A stretch of DNA of 64,000 nt from Chloroflexota bacterium (lineage in GTDB: Bacteria; Chloroflexota; Anaerolineae; UBA1429). Positions 34,405 to 43,507 of this stretch are shown piece by piece. How positions within the stretch are numbered: position 1 is the first letter of the stretch; the number at the start of each line of letters is the position of its first letter. Position numbers and translations under genes: made by a program. The stretch is from assembly GCA_021372475.1 (NCBI GenBank), contig JAJFUJ010000162.1:15173-79172 (forward strand), written 5' to 3'. The notes below the pieces were generated by a model. The model made no database searches and was not told where the DNA came from. It saw only the letters and a list, made by a program, of their open reading frames with translations.

Positions 34405-36081
34405 ATGTCTTATCGCGTGCGGTCAACCAAACGGCATTCAGCACTAACTGTGGTTATACCGATATTGATTGTATGCGGTATGTTTGCCTGCATCCTGACG
34501 ACGGCGTTGAGCAAGTGCGGAAACATACTCAACGGCAGCTCCGAGAGCGCCCCCACTTTGCGCCTGGCTTATTCCTCGGATAAAGAAAGCGTTTTTAGCG
34601 CCCTGATCGACCGCTTCCTAGCAACGAATCCGAAACTGCCGGATGGCCAGGCGGTAACCTTGGAAGGGGAGTCCCTATCTTCTGATAAAATCGTCGAGAC
34701 GGCATTACTTGGTTCTGTGCAAGTCATCAGCCCGGATTCCTCCCTGTGGCTTTCCGAGCTGGACCGCCGTTGGGCAGAGCAGCAAGGCACGGATACCTAC
34801 CTGGTCGGCGATAGCACACGTTATATGGTCAGCCCGATAGTCATCGCCATGTGGAGCGATATTGCCGAATCGCTCGGTTACCCTCAAAGCGAACTAGGGT
34901 GGGCGGATTTACTCCGCGCCGCCCAGGAAAATCCGCAGTTCAAATGGAGCCATCCCTCGGCCGGCACAGCCAGCGGCTTGCTGACGACTTTGGCGATTTT
35001 CTATGCCGGGGCGGGCATCACCCGCGGCCTGGACGAGGCGACAGCGACTGCACCACAAACGATCGCCTATGTCAGCGAACTGGAGAAGACGGTCAGCCAC
35101 TATGGCGAGGCCGAGGAAAAGGTTATCCAGCAGGTCGAAGCTCAGGGACGCAGCTATCTGGATGCGTTCGTTATCCAGGAGCAGTTGTTGGTGCAATACA
35201 ATATCGCCCACCCATCCAGCCTAGTAGCTGTTTACCCTGTCGAGGGCACGCTATGGGCCGACCATCCGCTCGCACTGCTGGAGCTGCCGGACCTAACCGA
35301 TGACCAGCGCCTAGCCTATGATCTGTTCAAGCAGTTCCTGCTTTCCACAGAGGTGCAGCAGTACCTGCTCTCCGAGGGGTACCGGCCGGCGGACCTTGAG
35401 GTTAAGCTGGATAGCGCAGGCTCAGTGCTCACCAAAGCGAATGGGGTCGATTCAGCTCAGCCATACACCACCCTGCAGGTACCCAATTCCGAGGTTGTCG
35501 ATGTCGTGCTGAATGCCTGGGCTTATACCAAGCGCCCGGCCAACATCTACCTGGTAGCCGATGTTTCAGGCAGTATGGAAGGGGATAAGCTCGCCAGCGC
35601 TCAAGAAGCATTATCTGCTTTTATCCAGCAAATCCCAAACGATACTGAACGTGTTGGCTTAATCGCTTTCAGCTCCTCGGCGCGCGAGGTTGTACCGCTC
35701 ACGATGATCGGCACCGGCCGCGAGCAGCTCGAACAAGCCATTAGCGGCTTGAGCGCCAACGGCAATACCGCGTTGCTGGATGGCGTCTCCCTAGGATTCA
35801 CCAAACTGCAGGACCTCGATGACCGCGAACGCATCAACGCGATTGTGGTCATGACCGACGGCAAGGAAAACAACTCAGTCATCCGCCTGAGCTCGCTCAC
35901 GCGGGAGCTTGAGGCGGCATCCAAGTCAAGCCTGCCGGTGCTGGTGTTCTGCATCGCCTATGGCGAGGATGCGGAACTGCAGCCTCTGGAATCAATGGCG
36001 CAAGCTACCGGCGCATTTGCCCGCTCAAGCGGTACAACCGATATCTCTGACTTGTACAAAACTTTGTCCACTTATTTCTAG
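34405..36081 (+). CDS. Membrane-anchored solute-binding-like protein with a C-terminal von Willebrand factor A (vWA) domain
   Basis: N-terminal TM. The binding-protein-like domain is paralogous to the previous ORF. vWA MIDAS motif IYLVADVSGSMEGDKL and NGNTALLDG...VVMTDGKEN. Confidence 0.65.
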   Translation: MSYRVRSTKRHSALTVVIPILIVCGMFACILTTALSKCGNILNGSSESAPTLRLAYSSDKESVFSALIDRFLATNPKLPDGQAVTLEGESLSSDKIVETALLGSVQVISPDSSLWLSELDRRWAEQQGTDTYLVGDSTRYMVSPIVIAMWSDIAESLGYPQSELGWADLLRAAQENPQFKWSHPSAGTASGLLTTLAIFYAGAGITRGLDEATATAPQTIAYVSELEKTVSHYGEAEEKVIQQVEAQGRSYLDAFVIQEQLLVQYNIAHPSSLVAVYPVEGTLWADHPLALLELPDLTDDQRLAYDLFKQFLLSTEVQQYLLSEGYRPADLEVKLDSAGSVLTKANGVDSAQPYTTLQVPNSEVVDVVLNAWAYTKRPANIYLVADVSGSMEGDKLASAQEALSAFIQQIPNDTERVGLIAFSSSAREVVPLTMIGTGREQLEQAISGLSANGNTALLDGVSLGFTKLQDLDDRERINAIVVMTDGKENNSVIRLSSLTRELEAASKSSLPVLVFCIAYGEDAELQPLESMAQATGAFARSSGTTDISDLYKTLSTYF

Positions 36082-36088
36082 GCGAAAG

Positions 36089-36913
36089 ATGACCGTTCAT
36101 TCAAATCCGGAAGAGCTAAAGAAAAAGACCAAGCGGGCGATTATCGCCAACGCCTTCTACCGCGTCGAGAGCGCCCTGACGATTGGCCTGACTATCCTGT
36201 TAATCGTCTTCATGCCGCAGCCCTTTGGCTGGTGGCAGTGGTGGTACTGGCTGATACTCGGCGGAACGGCGGAGGTGTTGATTGTGGTCACCAGCCTGAC
36301 CGACCAGACTACGGCAAACCAGGTAGTGACGATGGTTCTGCGGGAGAAATACGACCCAGGCCAAATTAAAACCCAGAAATACCGAGAACAAGTAAATAAG
36401 GCGCTGCTTTACCGGCAGTATATCGAACAGCTCATCTACAACAGCCCGCCCGGCGTACTGCGCGACCATCTGTATGATAGCACCGCCGGAATAGCGGATT
36501 GGATCGGCAAGATATTTGACTTAGCCAAGCGCCTGGATGTGTACGCCAGGGATGAAGTCCTTCACCGCGACCTGATCTCAGCTCCAGGGGAGGTTACCAG
36601 GCTGCTCAACGCAGCCAGCAACGAGGATGACCCGGAAGTAAAGGCGCAGATCCAGTCAGCGCTCACGGCTGCGCAGGGCCATTGGAATAACCTGCGCACC
36701 TTGGAAAACAAGATGGAACAGGCCGAGTTTCGCCTGGAGGAGACGGTTACCTCACTTGGGACGGTGTATTCGCAGTTTCAGCTTGTCTTCGCCCAGCGGC
36801 TGGGAGGCGCTGAGGCTCAACGCCTAAGCGCTGATATCAAAGACCAGGTCCAGCGTCTCCAGGATATTATCACTACGATGAGCGAGGTTTACACTGCGGC
36901 GCCTACCGGGTAG
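36089..36913 (+). CDS. Hypothetical membrane protein with two N-terminal TM helices and a C-terminal coiled-coil region
   Basis: ATG at 36089, 7 nt after the vWA gene stop. Hydrophobic segments then heptad-like charged repeats. The ORF-track start at 35909 is rejected because it overlaps the upstream gene. Confidence 0.5.
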   Translation: MTVHSNPEELKKKTKRAIIANAFYRVESALTIGLTILLIVFMPQPFGWWQWWYWLILGGTAEVLIVVTSLTDQTTANQVVTMVLREKYDPGQIKTQKYREQVNKALLYRQYIEQLIYNSPPGVLRDHLYDSTAGIADWIGKIFDLAKRLDVYARDEVLHRDLISAPGEVTRLLNAASNEDDPEVKAQIQSALTAAQGHWNNLRTLENKMEQAEFRLEETVTSLGTVYSQFQLVFAQRLGGAEAQRLSADIKDQVQRLQDIITTMSEVYTAAPTG

Positions 36914-36942
36914 GAGCTGTACATCAAGGAGGCGATTCGCCG

Positions 36943-38094
36943 ATGGATTCCAAAGTGCTGCGTGCGATAGTTTGTTCGCTGCTGCTTTTGAGTGTTCTCA
37001 CTGGTTGTAAGGGGACCTCCGCACCGACAAAAGGTGATTTGATTGTTTACGTCGCGGCACCCCTTTCGGGGTGGCAGGCGGACGGCGGACAGACCGTTGT
37101 CGGCGGCGCCAGGGTTGCGGCCGAACGCGCCAACGCGGAGGGCGGGGTGCTGGGGTACTCTATCAAGGTAGTGGCTTTGGACGATGAAGCGGATACCGAT
37201 GTCGCCCTTACCGTCGCCAACCAGATTGCCGGCGCTATTCATGGCGGCGAACGCGTGCTCGGGATTATCGGCCACTATAACAGCGGACAAAGTGCAGCGG
37301 CGCTCCAGATATATAAAGACCTGCCGGTTATCGTCATCACGCCTACTAGCAGCGATCCCAGCTTGACGCATGAAGGTTATACCAATTTCTTCCGGGTCAA
37401 CGCCACCGATGCTTCGCAGGCGCCTTACGATGCCAGTTTTATGGTGAATGACCTGCAAGCCCAGCGCATTGCGGTAGTCTATGCCGAGAACGATTACGGC
37501 CAGGCTTTGCGGGATGAGATGGTCAAAGCGCTGGAGGCCCTCGGAAAACCAGCAGTTGCGGTCATCGGCATACCAGAAGGCGCTGACTCGCAGCAGGCTG
37601 CCGTGGCCCAGATTCAACAGATTAACCCCGACATGGTATTCCTGGCAGGATATGAGACAGAAGGGTATGTGCTGCTTCCCGAGCTGCGCAGCGCCGGGGT
37701 AACCGCTAAGTTTATGGCCAGCGATGGCTGCTTCCTCTATGAGTTTATCGACGGGTCGGGCAAAGCCGCCGAAGGCGTGTATGTGAGTGGGTTTGCGCCC
37801 GATACCCGCACGGTTACTGATAAGCAGTGGTGGAGCAATTACCAACAGATTGAAACCCGCAACCCAGGCACTTACAGTCTGGCTGGTTATTCCGCGATGA
37901 CCGTCCTCATCGAGGGAGCTCGCCAGGCCAATAGTCTGGATTATGTGAAGGTTGGGGATGCCCTGCGCTCCGGCGAATTCAGCACTCTGGTTGGCACGAT
38001 CCAATACGATGCCAACGGCGACCTGCAGGACCAGCGTATCTTTATCTTCCAGGTTATAAATGACGAGTTCGTGCAGGTCAAGCCAACCCCATAA
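36943..38094 (+). CDS. LivJ/LivK-family (type-I periplasmic binding) lipoprotein with no adjacent permease genes
   Basis: Lipobox LLSVLTGC. Binding-protein blocks IVYVAAPLSGWQADGG and RIAVVYAENDYGQALRDEM. Confidence 0.75.
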   Translation: MDSKVLRAIVCSLLLLSVLTGCKGTSAPTKGDLIVYVAAPLSGWQADGGQTVVGGARVAAERANAEGGVLGYSIKVVALDDEADTDVALTVANQIAGAIHGGERVLGIIGHYNSGQSAAALQIYKDLPVIVITPTSSDPSLTHEGYTNFFRVNATDASQAPYDASFMVNDLQAQRIAVVYAENDYGQALRDEMVKALEALGKPAVAVIGIPEGADSQQAAVAQIQQINPDMVFLAGYETEGYVLLPELRSAGVTAKFMASDGCFLYEFIDGSGKAAEGVYVSGFAPDTRTVTDKQWWSNYQQIETRNPGTYSLAGYSAMTVLIEGARQANSLDYVKVGDALRSGEFSTLVGTIQYDANGDLQDQRIFIFQVINDEFVQVKPTP

Positions 38095-38233
38095 GATACC
38101 TTCGACCGCATCTATATCGCCGATTCTTTAAAAAATCCACCAAACGGAGTATAGGCAGCCGACCTCTCTTTTGCTATTATAGAGGCAGCCTTGGCAATCA
38201 CGTGATTTAGGCTATGAGGTGTCGGCATTGGGG

Positions 38234-38266
38234 CCGTTTAGCAAACGTTGCTGAACGGTTTTTTTA
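38234..38266 (+). terminator. Terminator-like hairpin (CCGTTTAGCAA-acg-TTGCTGAACGG + TTTTTTT), 22 nt upstream of the GOGAT operon start codon
   Basis: Imperfect 11-bp inverted repeat followed by a 7-T run. It may terminate the upstream binding-protein gene, or act as a leader attenuator. Confidence 0.45.
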
Positions 38267-38287
38267 TTCATCCGAGATGGGGACAAA

Positions 38288-39802
38288 ATGGCGCTTTCGT
38301 ATATTAGTCCGCAGTTTATCATCGAACGGGATGCATCGCGCTGCATCGCTTGCCAGGTATGCGTGCGGCAGTGCGCAAACGATGTCCATTCGTATAATGA
38401 GGAAGACGGTCTGGTCAGCAGCCACTCGTTGAATTGTGCGGGCTGTCACCGCTGCGTAACCGCCTGTCCGACTCAAGCCTTGAATGTACGCCTTTCGCCG
38501 CTCGACTTTCGCCCGCACGCAAACTGGACGCCTTCCATCATCACGAATATCTACAAACAGGCGGAATCAGGTGGTATGCTGCTCACGGGGATGGGCTGTG
38601 ACCAGCCGTACCGCATCTACTGGGACCATATGGTGCTCAATGCCTCGCAAGTAACCAATCCTTCCATCGACCCGTTGCGTGAACCGATGGAGCTCAAAAC
38701 TTACCTCGGCAGCAAGCCGGAGCAGCTCGAGTTCAGCCAGTCTCAGGATGGACTCGAACTCGACACAGAGATAGGTCCGCAATTGGAACTGGCCATACCG
38801 ATCATGTTTTCGGCCATGTCTTATGGCTCAATCAGTTTTAACGCCTGCGAGAGCCTGGCGCGCGCCGCCCAGATCGCCGGCACCTACTATAACACCGGTG
38901 AAGGCGGGTTACATCCTGACCTGTACAAATATGGGGCAAACACCGTCGCTCAGGTTGCTTCGGGGCGGTTTGGCGTTCATCTGAACTACCTAAATGCCGT
39001 CGCCGCGCTTGAAATCAAGGTAGGGCAAGGCGCCAAGCCTGGCATCGGCGGTCATTTGCCTGGGGAGAAAGTCAGCCTGGATATCTCGCGCACACGTATG
39101 ATTCCTCAGGGCACCGATGCGATTTCTCCCGCGCCGCACCACGATATTTACTCTATCGAGGATTTACGGCAGCTTATCTTCGCCCTCAAAGAAGCCACCC
39201 ATTACAGCAAGCCCGTCAGCGTCAAGGTGGCGGCGGTGCACAACATCGCCCCGATAGCCAGCGGCATCGTGCGCGCCGGCGCGGATATCGTGGCCATCGA
39301 CGGCCTGCGCGGCGGCACCGGCGCAGCGCCGACGGTCATCCGCAACAATGTGGGAATCCCCATCGAGATGGCCATCGCAGCGGTTGACCAGCGCCTGCGG
39401 GATGAAGGTATTCGCCACCGCGCGTCGCTGGTCGCGGCCGGCTCCATCCGTTCCAGCTCCGATGTCGTCAAGGCAATTGCGTTAGGGGCCGACGCCGTGT
39501 ATATAGCCACCTCGGCATTGGTTGCGCTGGGCTGCCATCTCTGCCAGCGCTGTTACACCGGCAAGTGCAACTGGGGCATCGCCACGCAGGACCCCTACTT
39601 GACCAAACGCCTTAATCCCAACATCGGCGCGCGCCGTTTGGTCAACCTGCTGCGCGCCTGGTCTCTGGAGATCAAAGAGATGATGGGCGGGATGGGCGTC
39701 AACTCGATTGAATCGCTGCGCGGTAACCGCGACCACCTGCGCGGCGTGGGGCTGAACCAGGTAGAGCTAGATGCATTGGGCATTAAGGCGGCGGGTTACT
39801 AG
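38288..39802 (+). CDS. gltB: Archaeal-type glutamate synthase subunit (FMN/Fe-S domain, GltB domain-2 homolog) with an N-terminal 2x[4Fe-4S] ferredoxin domain
   Basis: CIACQVCVRQC and CAGCHRCVTACP motifs. GOGAT FMN-domain blocks GEGGLHPDL, KVGQGAKPGIGGHLPGEKV and LRGGTGAAP. Confidence 0.85.
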   Translation: MALSYISPQFIIERDASRCIACQVCVRQCANDVHSYNEEDGLVSSHSLNCAGCHRCVTACPTQALNVRLSPLDFRPHANWTPSIITNIYKQAESGGMLLTGMGCDQPYRIYWDHMVLNASQVTNPSIDPLREPMELKTYLGSKPEQLEFSQSQDGLELDTEIGPQLELAIPIMFSAMSYGSISFNACESLARAAQIAGTYYNTGEGGLHPDLYKYGANTVAQVASGRFGVHLNYLNAVAALEIKVGQGAKPGIGGHLPGEKVSLDISRTRMIPQGTDAISPAPHHDIYSIEDLRQLIFALKEATHYSKPVSVKVAAVHNIAPIASGIVRAGADIVAIDGLRGGTGAAPTVIRNNVGIPIEMAIAAVDQRLRDEGIRHRASLVAAGSIRSSSDVVKAIALGADAVYIATSALVALGCHLCQRCYTGKCNWGIATQDPYLTKRLNPNIGARRLVNLLRAWSLEIKEMMGGMGVNSIESLRGNRDHLRGVGLNQVELDALGIKAAGY

Positions 39803-39822
39803 CGTATCTTGGGAGTTAAGGC

Positions 39823-40281
39823 ATGAAAAAGAAGCGTATCGTGATCCACGAGGAATACTGCATCGGCTGCCGGCTGTGCGAGGTGCACTGCCTGGTGCAG
39901 CACAGCAAGTCCAGGGATATCGTCAAAGCCTTCAAAGAAGAACGCTCCAGTACGATGGCCCGCGTCATGGTGGAAGAGAGCGGCCCGGTTTCGTTTGCCT
40001 TACAGTGCCGCCAGTGCAGCGAATCCAACTGCCTCGAAGCCTGCATCTCAGGCGCTATGCACCGCGATCCGGAGACTGGCGCCGTAGTCTGCGACGAGAG
40101 CAAATGTGTGGGCTGCTGGATGTGCATCATGGTCTGCCCGGCCGGCGCAATCCGCCAGAACCTGACCGGTACGCACATCGCCAGCAAATGCGACTTGTGC
40201 TACGGCTCTGCTATGCCGGCCTGCGTGCTAAACTGCCCCAATGAGGCTTTGACGTATGAAGAAGTGGAAGTGAGGGACTAA
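39823..40281 (+). CDS. 4Fe-4S dicluster ferredoxin-domain protein (GOGAT electron-transfer subunit)
   Basis: CIGCRLCEVHC and CVGCWMCIMVCP cluster motifs. Confidence 0.75.
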   Translation: MKKKRIVIHEEYCIGCRLCEVHCLVQHSKSRDIVKAFKEERSSTMARVMVEESGPVSFALQCRQCSESNCLEACISGAMHRDPETGAVVCDESKCVGCWMCIMVCPAGAIRQNLTGTHIASKCDLCYGSAMPACVLNCPNEALTYEEVEVRD

Positions 40282-40284
40282 CCC

Positions 40285-41562
40285 GTGCAGATTATAATCA
40301 TCGGCAATTCCGCAACCGCCGTCGGCGCGATAGAGTCCTTCCGCGAGTACGACCAGAGCGCTGAAATTACCGTGGTTAGCGAAGAACCTCACCTGATATA
40401 TTCGCGCCCTCTGTTATCGCATTTTCTAGGGAAGGAGATCGAGCGCAGCCGCCTGGCCTACCGCCCCAGCGACTTTTATGTGAAGCACAGTATTCGACCC
40501 ATACTGGAAGATGCCGTTACCGCCGTCGAGCCGGAGGCGCATACCATTAGGACCGCGTCGGGACTAAGCCTGCACTATGACAAATTGCTCATCTGCACCG
40601 GCGGCACGCCGATTGTGCCCCCACTGCAAGGCATCGATATACCAGGTATATATACCTTCACCAAACTGCAGGATGCACTATCCATTGAAAGATATATTGA
40701 TGACTATCCCATCTCCCGCGCGGTGGTGGTTGGCGGCGGCATGATCGGCATCAAGGCTGCGAACGCGCTGATGAAACGTGGCATCCCGCTGACGATGGTC
40801 GAACTTGCACCGCGTATCCTGAGCGCAGCTATGGATGAAGCCGGTTCAGCAATGCTGACCCAGATACTAGCGGAGCATTCCGTTCAGGTTCTTACGAATA
40901 ACACGGTTACCAGCATCCATCAGTCAGAAGGCCGTTTCAGCGGAGTGACCTTACGCGACGGCCGCGAACTGGGCGCGGAACTGCTCGTATTCGGGATTGG
41001 GGTGCGGCCGCGGGTTGAACTCGCCAAAGCAGCCGGCCTGGTCGTTAACAAAGGTATTGTCGTCGATAAGTTTATGCGCGCCTCAGCGCCCGATATCTAC
41101 GCCGCCGGCGATGTGGCCGAAGCCTACGACCTCGTGGTGGATATGAACCGTACCGTTGCTATCTGGCCGAATGCCTACCGCCAGGGAGCAATAGCTGGCG
41201 CTCATATGGCTGGAGTCGATCGGGCAGACATCGGCGGAATTGCTATGAACGCCGTCGAAGTATGCGGTGTGCCGGCTATGTCCATCGGCAACGGCAACGT
41301 CACCGGCTCAGAGTATGAAGTATTATCCGAGATCGACGAACGTTCCCAGAATTATAAACGGTTGGTGCTGCAGAACGACCGTCTAGTGGGAGCTCTCCTG
41401 ATAGGCAACATCTCACGGGCGGGCATCTACACCGGGTTAATCCGCCACAAGCTCGACGTGAGCAGCGTGCGCAAGAACCTGCTTAGCGAGCACTTTGGGC
41501 TGCTCTCGTTGCCCGACCAATACCGCAAGCATGTCGTCTCCGGCTCGAGCATCGAGATTTAG
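40285..41562 (+). CDS. FAD/NAD(P)-dependent pyridine nucleotide-disulfide oxidoreductase (GltD-like reductase partner)
   Basis: Two Rossmann dinucleotide motifs (IIIIGNSATAVGA, VVVGGGMIGIKAA). GTG start 3 nt after the previous stop. Confidence 0.75.
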   Translation: MQIIIIGNSATAVGAIESFREYDQSAEITVVSEEPHLIYSRPLLSHFLGKEIERSRLAYRPSDFYVKHSIRPILEDAVTAVEPEAHTIRTASGLSLHYDKLLICTGGTPIVPPLQGIDIPGIYTFTKLQDALSIERYIDDYPISRAVVVGGGMIGIKAANALMKRGIPLTMVELAPRILSAAMDEAGSAMLTQILAEHSVQVLTNNTVTSIHQSEGRFSGVTLRDGRELGAELLVFGIGVRPRVELAKAAGLVVNKGIVVDKFMRASAPDIYAAGDVAEAYDLVVDMNRTVAIWPNAYRQGAIAGAHMAGVDRADIGGIAMNAVEVCGVPAMSIGNGNVTGSEYEVLSEIDERSQNYKRLVLQNDRLVGALLIGNISRAGIYTGLIRHKLDVSSVRKNLLSEHFGLLSLPDQYRKHVVSGSSIEI

Positions 41563-41574
41563 GAGGTATGAGCA

Positions 41575-42732
41575 ATGGCATGGGCTGATAGTGAAAACCG
41601 TTACAAGCAGGATAAAGTTTACGATGCCTGCGGTCTTTTTGGATTTATAGACACAACGGGGGCCAAGCACGACGGCAATAAGGTTGTGGCCGCACTCAAT
41701 AGCATGAAAGAGCGCGGTAACGGGCTTGGAGCAGGATATGCAGCCTATGGATTGTATCCCGAGTTCAATGACCATTATTGCTTCCATACCATGCACAGCG
41801 ACGAAGCCCACCGCCTCGAACTCGACACTTACCTGCGTAAGCACTTTGCCGTCGTCCACGATGAGCCTATCCCGCATAAACACGTGCAAGAGATCCTCGA
41901 CCCACCGGTAGTCTGGCGCTACTTTCTTTTTCCGCAGAGCGCCCACATGGTTGGGCGTTCCGAAGAGGATTACATCGTCCACGAAGTGATGCACATCAAC
42001 TCCCATTTCGAGGGTTCTTTTGTGGTTTCCAGCGGTAAGAACATGGGCATCTTTAAAGGCGTCGGACACCCTGAGGCGATTGCCGAGTTCTATCAGATCC
42101 AAAACTACCAGGCATACATGTGGACCTCGCACAACCGGTTCCCTACCAATACCCCGGGCTGGTGGGGCGGCGCCCATCCGTTTGGGTTGCTGGATTGGTC
42201 AGTGGTGCACAATGGCGAGATATCCTCCTACGGCATCAACCGACGCTATATCGAGCAGCACGGTTATTGCTGCACCATGCGTACCGATACCGAGGTCTTT
42301 GCCTATGCCGCCGACCTGCTTGTGAGGCGACACCACCTGCCCTTTGAGATTGCTGCGGCTGTGTTCGCCAGCCCGCTTTGGTCGGATATTGAGCGTATGT
42401 CAGAACGCGAGCAGCGCATATATCGTGCGCTGCGCCAGACTTACGGGCGATTGCTAATGAACGGACCTTTTACCATCATTCTAGCCAAGTCCGGCGTGAT
42501 GATGGGATTGGGCGACCGCATTCGGCTGCGTCCGCTGGTAGCTGGCATCAGGGGGGGCACGCTCTATGTTTCCTCCGAGCTCTCATCGATCTACCTGGTC
42601 GAACCGGAAATCGAACAAACCTGGATGCCGCAAGGGGGTGAACCGGTAATCGGCAGGCTTGGCACGGCTCCTCAAGCCCCACAGGAACACAAGCAGGTTC
42701 ACAGAGTGGTAGCACAAGGAGTGGAAGCATGA
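41575..42732 (+). CDS. Class-II (Ntn) glutamine amidotransferase subunit of archaeal-type glutamate synthase (GltB domain-1 homolog)
   Basis: Ntn nucleophile context DACGLFGF (the Cys is preceded by a 17-residue propeptide). Also NGLGAGYAAY and HNRFPTNTPG blocks. Confidence 0.8.
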   Translation: MAWADSENRYKQDKVYDACGLFGFIDTTGAKHDGNKVVAALNSMKERGNGLGAGYAAYGLYPEFNDHYCFHTMHSDEAHRLELDTYLRKHFAVVHDEPIPHKHVQEILDPPVVWRYFLFPQSAHMVGRSEEDYIVHEVMHINSHFEGSFVVSSGKNMGIFKGVGHPEAIAEFYQIQNYQAYMWTSHNRFPTNTPGWWGGAHPFGLLDWSVVHNGEISSYGINRRYIEQHGYCCTMRTDTEVFAYAADLLVRRHHLPFEIAAAVFASPLWSDIERMSEREQRIYRALRQTYGRLLMNGPFTIILAKSGVMMGLGDRIRLRPLVAGIRGGTLYVSSELSSIYLVEPEIEQTWMPQGGEPVIGRLGTAPQAPQEHKQVHRVVAQGVEA

Positions 42733-43493
42733 GCACTGCCGCTGTACAAACTAAAACCCAAACGTTGGACGCCGGTGGCTTGTATTACCGCGATCTGAAC
42801 GAACGTCTGCTGGAACTGGTAAACGAAGGCGCAGAGACTGTCGAAATACTCAATGTGAACGGTCAGCGTTACCTGGGAACCAACCTCCAACGCCCGGTGC
42901 GGCTGATCGTCCACGGTATTCCTGGCAATGACCTGGGCGCTTTCATGGACGGCCCGCAAATTACGGTATTAGGCAGCGCTCAGGACGGCTGCGGCAATAC
43001 GATGAACTCGGGTTCAATTATCATCCATGGCTCAGCGGGCGATATCCTGGGACACTCGATGCGCGGCGGCACTATTCTGGTGAAGGGTAACGTGGGCTAC
43101 CGCGTTGGCATCCACATGAAAGAATACGAGACCGTCCGACCGGCTATTGTCATTGGCGGCACCGCGCAGCATTTTCTAGGGGAATATATGAGCGGCGGTG
43201 TGCTGGTGGTGCTGGGCTTGAACCTGGATAGCGATGAACTGCATCCGACCCATTTTCTAGGCACGGGTATGCATGGCGGCGTGATATTTATGCGCGGGCG
43301 TGTAGATGCTTCCTACTTAGGGAAAGAAGTCGGCCAGGAGAAAATGGACGATGCGGATAACTGGCTGCTGCAGCGTTTGGTCCAAGAGTATGCCGATACC
43401 TTCAAAGTTGACTCCGAAGGCATCTTTAGTGTACCATTCATCAAATTAGTGCCGCGCACAAAACGCCCTTACGGGCAACTCTATGCCTATTGA
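42729..43493 (+). CDS. Glutamate synthase GXGXG-domain subunit (GltB domain-3 homolog)
   Basis: Repeated GXGXG beta-helix motifs (VHGIPGNDLGAFMDG, IHGSAGDILGHSMRGG, VKGNVGYRVG). 4-nt overlap with the upstream gene. Confidence 0.85.
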   Translation: MSTAAVQTKTQTLDAGGLYYRDLNERLLELVNEGAETVEILNVNGQRYLGTNLQRPVRLIVHGIPGNDLGAFMDGPQITVLGSAQDGCGNTMNSGSIIIHGSAGDILGHSMRGGTILVKGNVGYRVGIHMKEYETVRPAIVIGGTAQHFLGEYMSGGVLVVLGLNLDSDELHPTHFLGTGMHGGVIFMRGRVDASYLGKEVGQEKMDDADNWLLQRLVQEYADTFKVDSEGIFSVPFIKLVPRTKRPYGQLYAY

Positions 43494-43507
43494 TGATGGT
43501 GTAATGC

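Noticed and set aside
36889-38004. 371-aa ORF on the minus strand
   Set aside because: It lies entirely antisense to the LivJ-like binding-protein gene, which has clear family motifs and a lipobox. No motifs were found in this ORF. It is a typical GC-rich shadow ORF.
41437-42177. 246-aa ORF on the minus strand
   Set aside because: It is antisense to the GOGAT amidotransferase subunit gene and has no recognisable domain.
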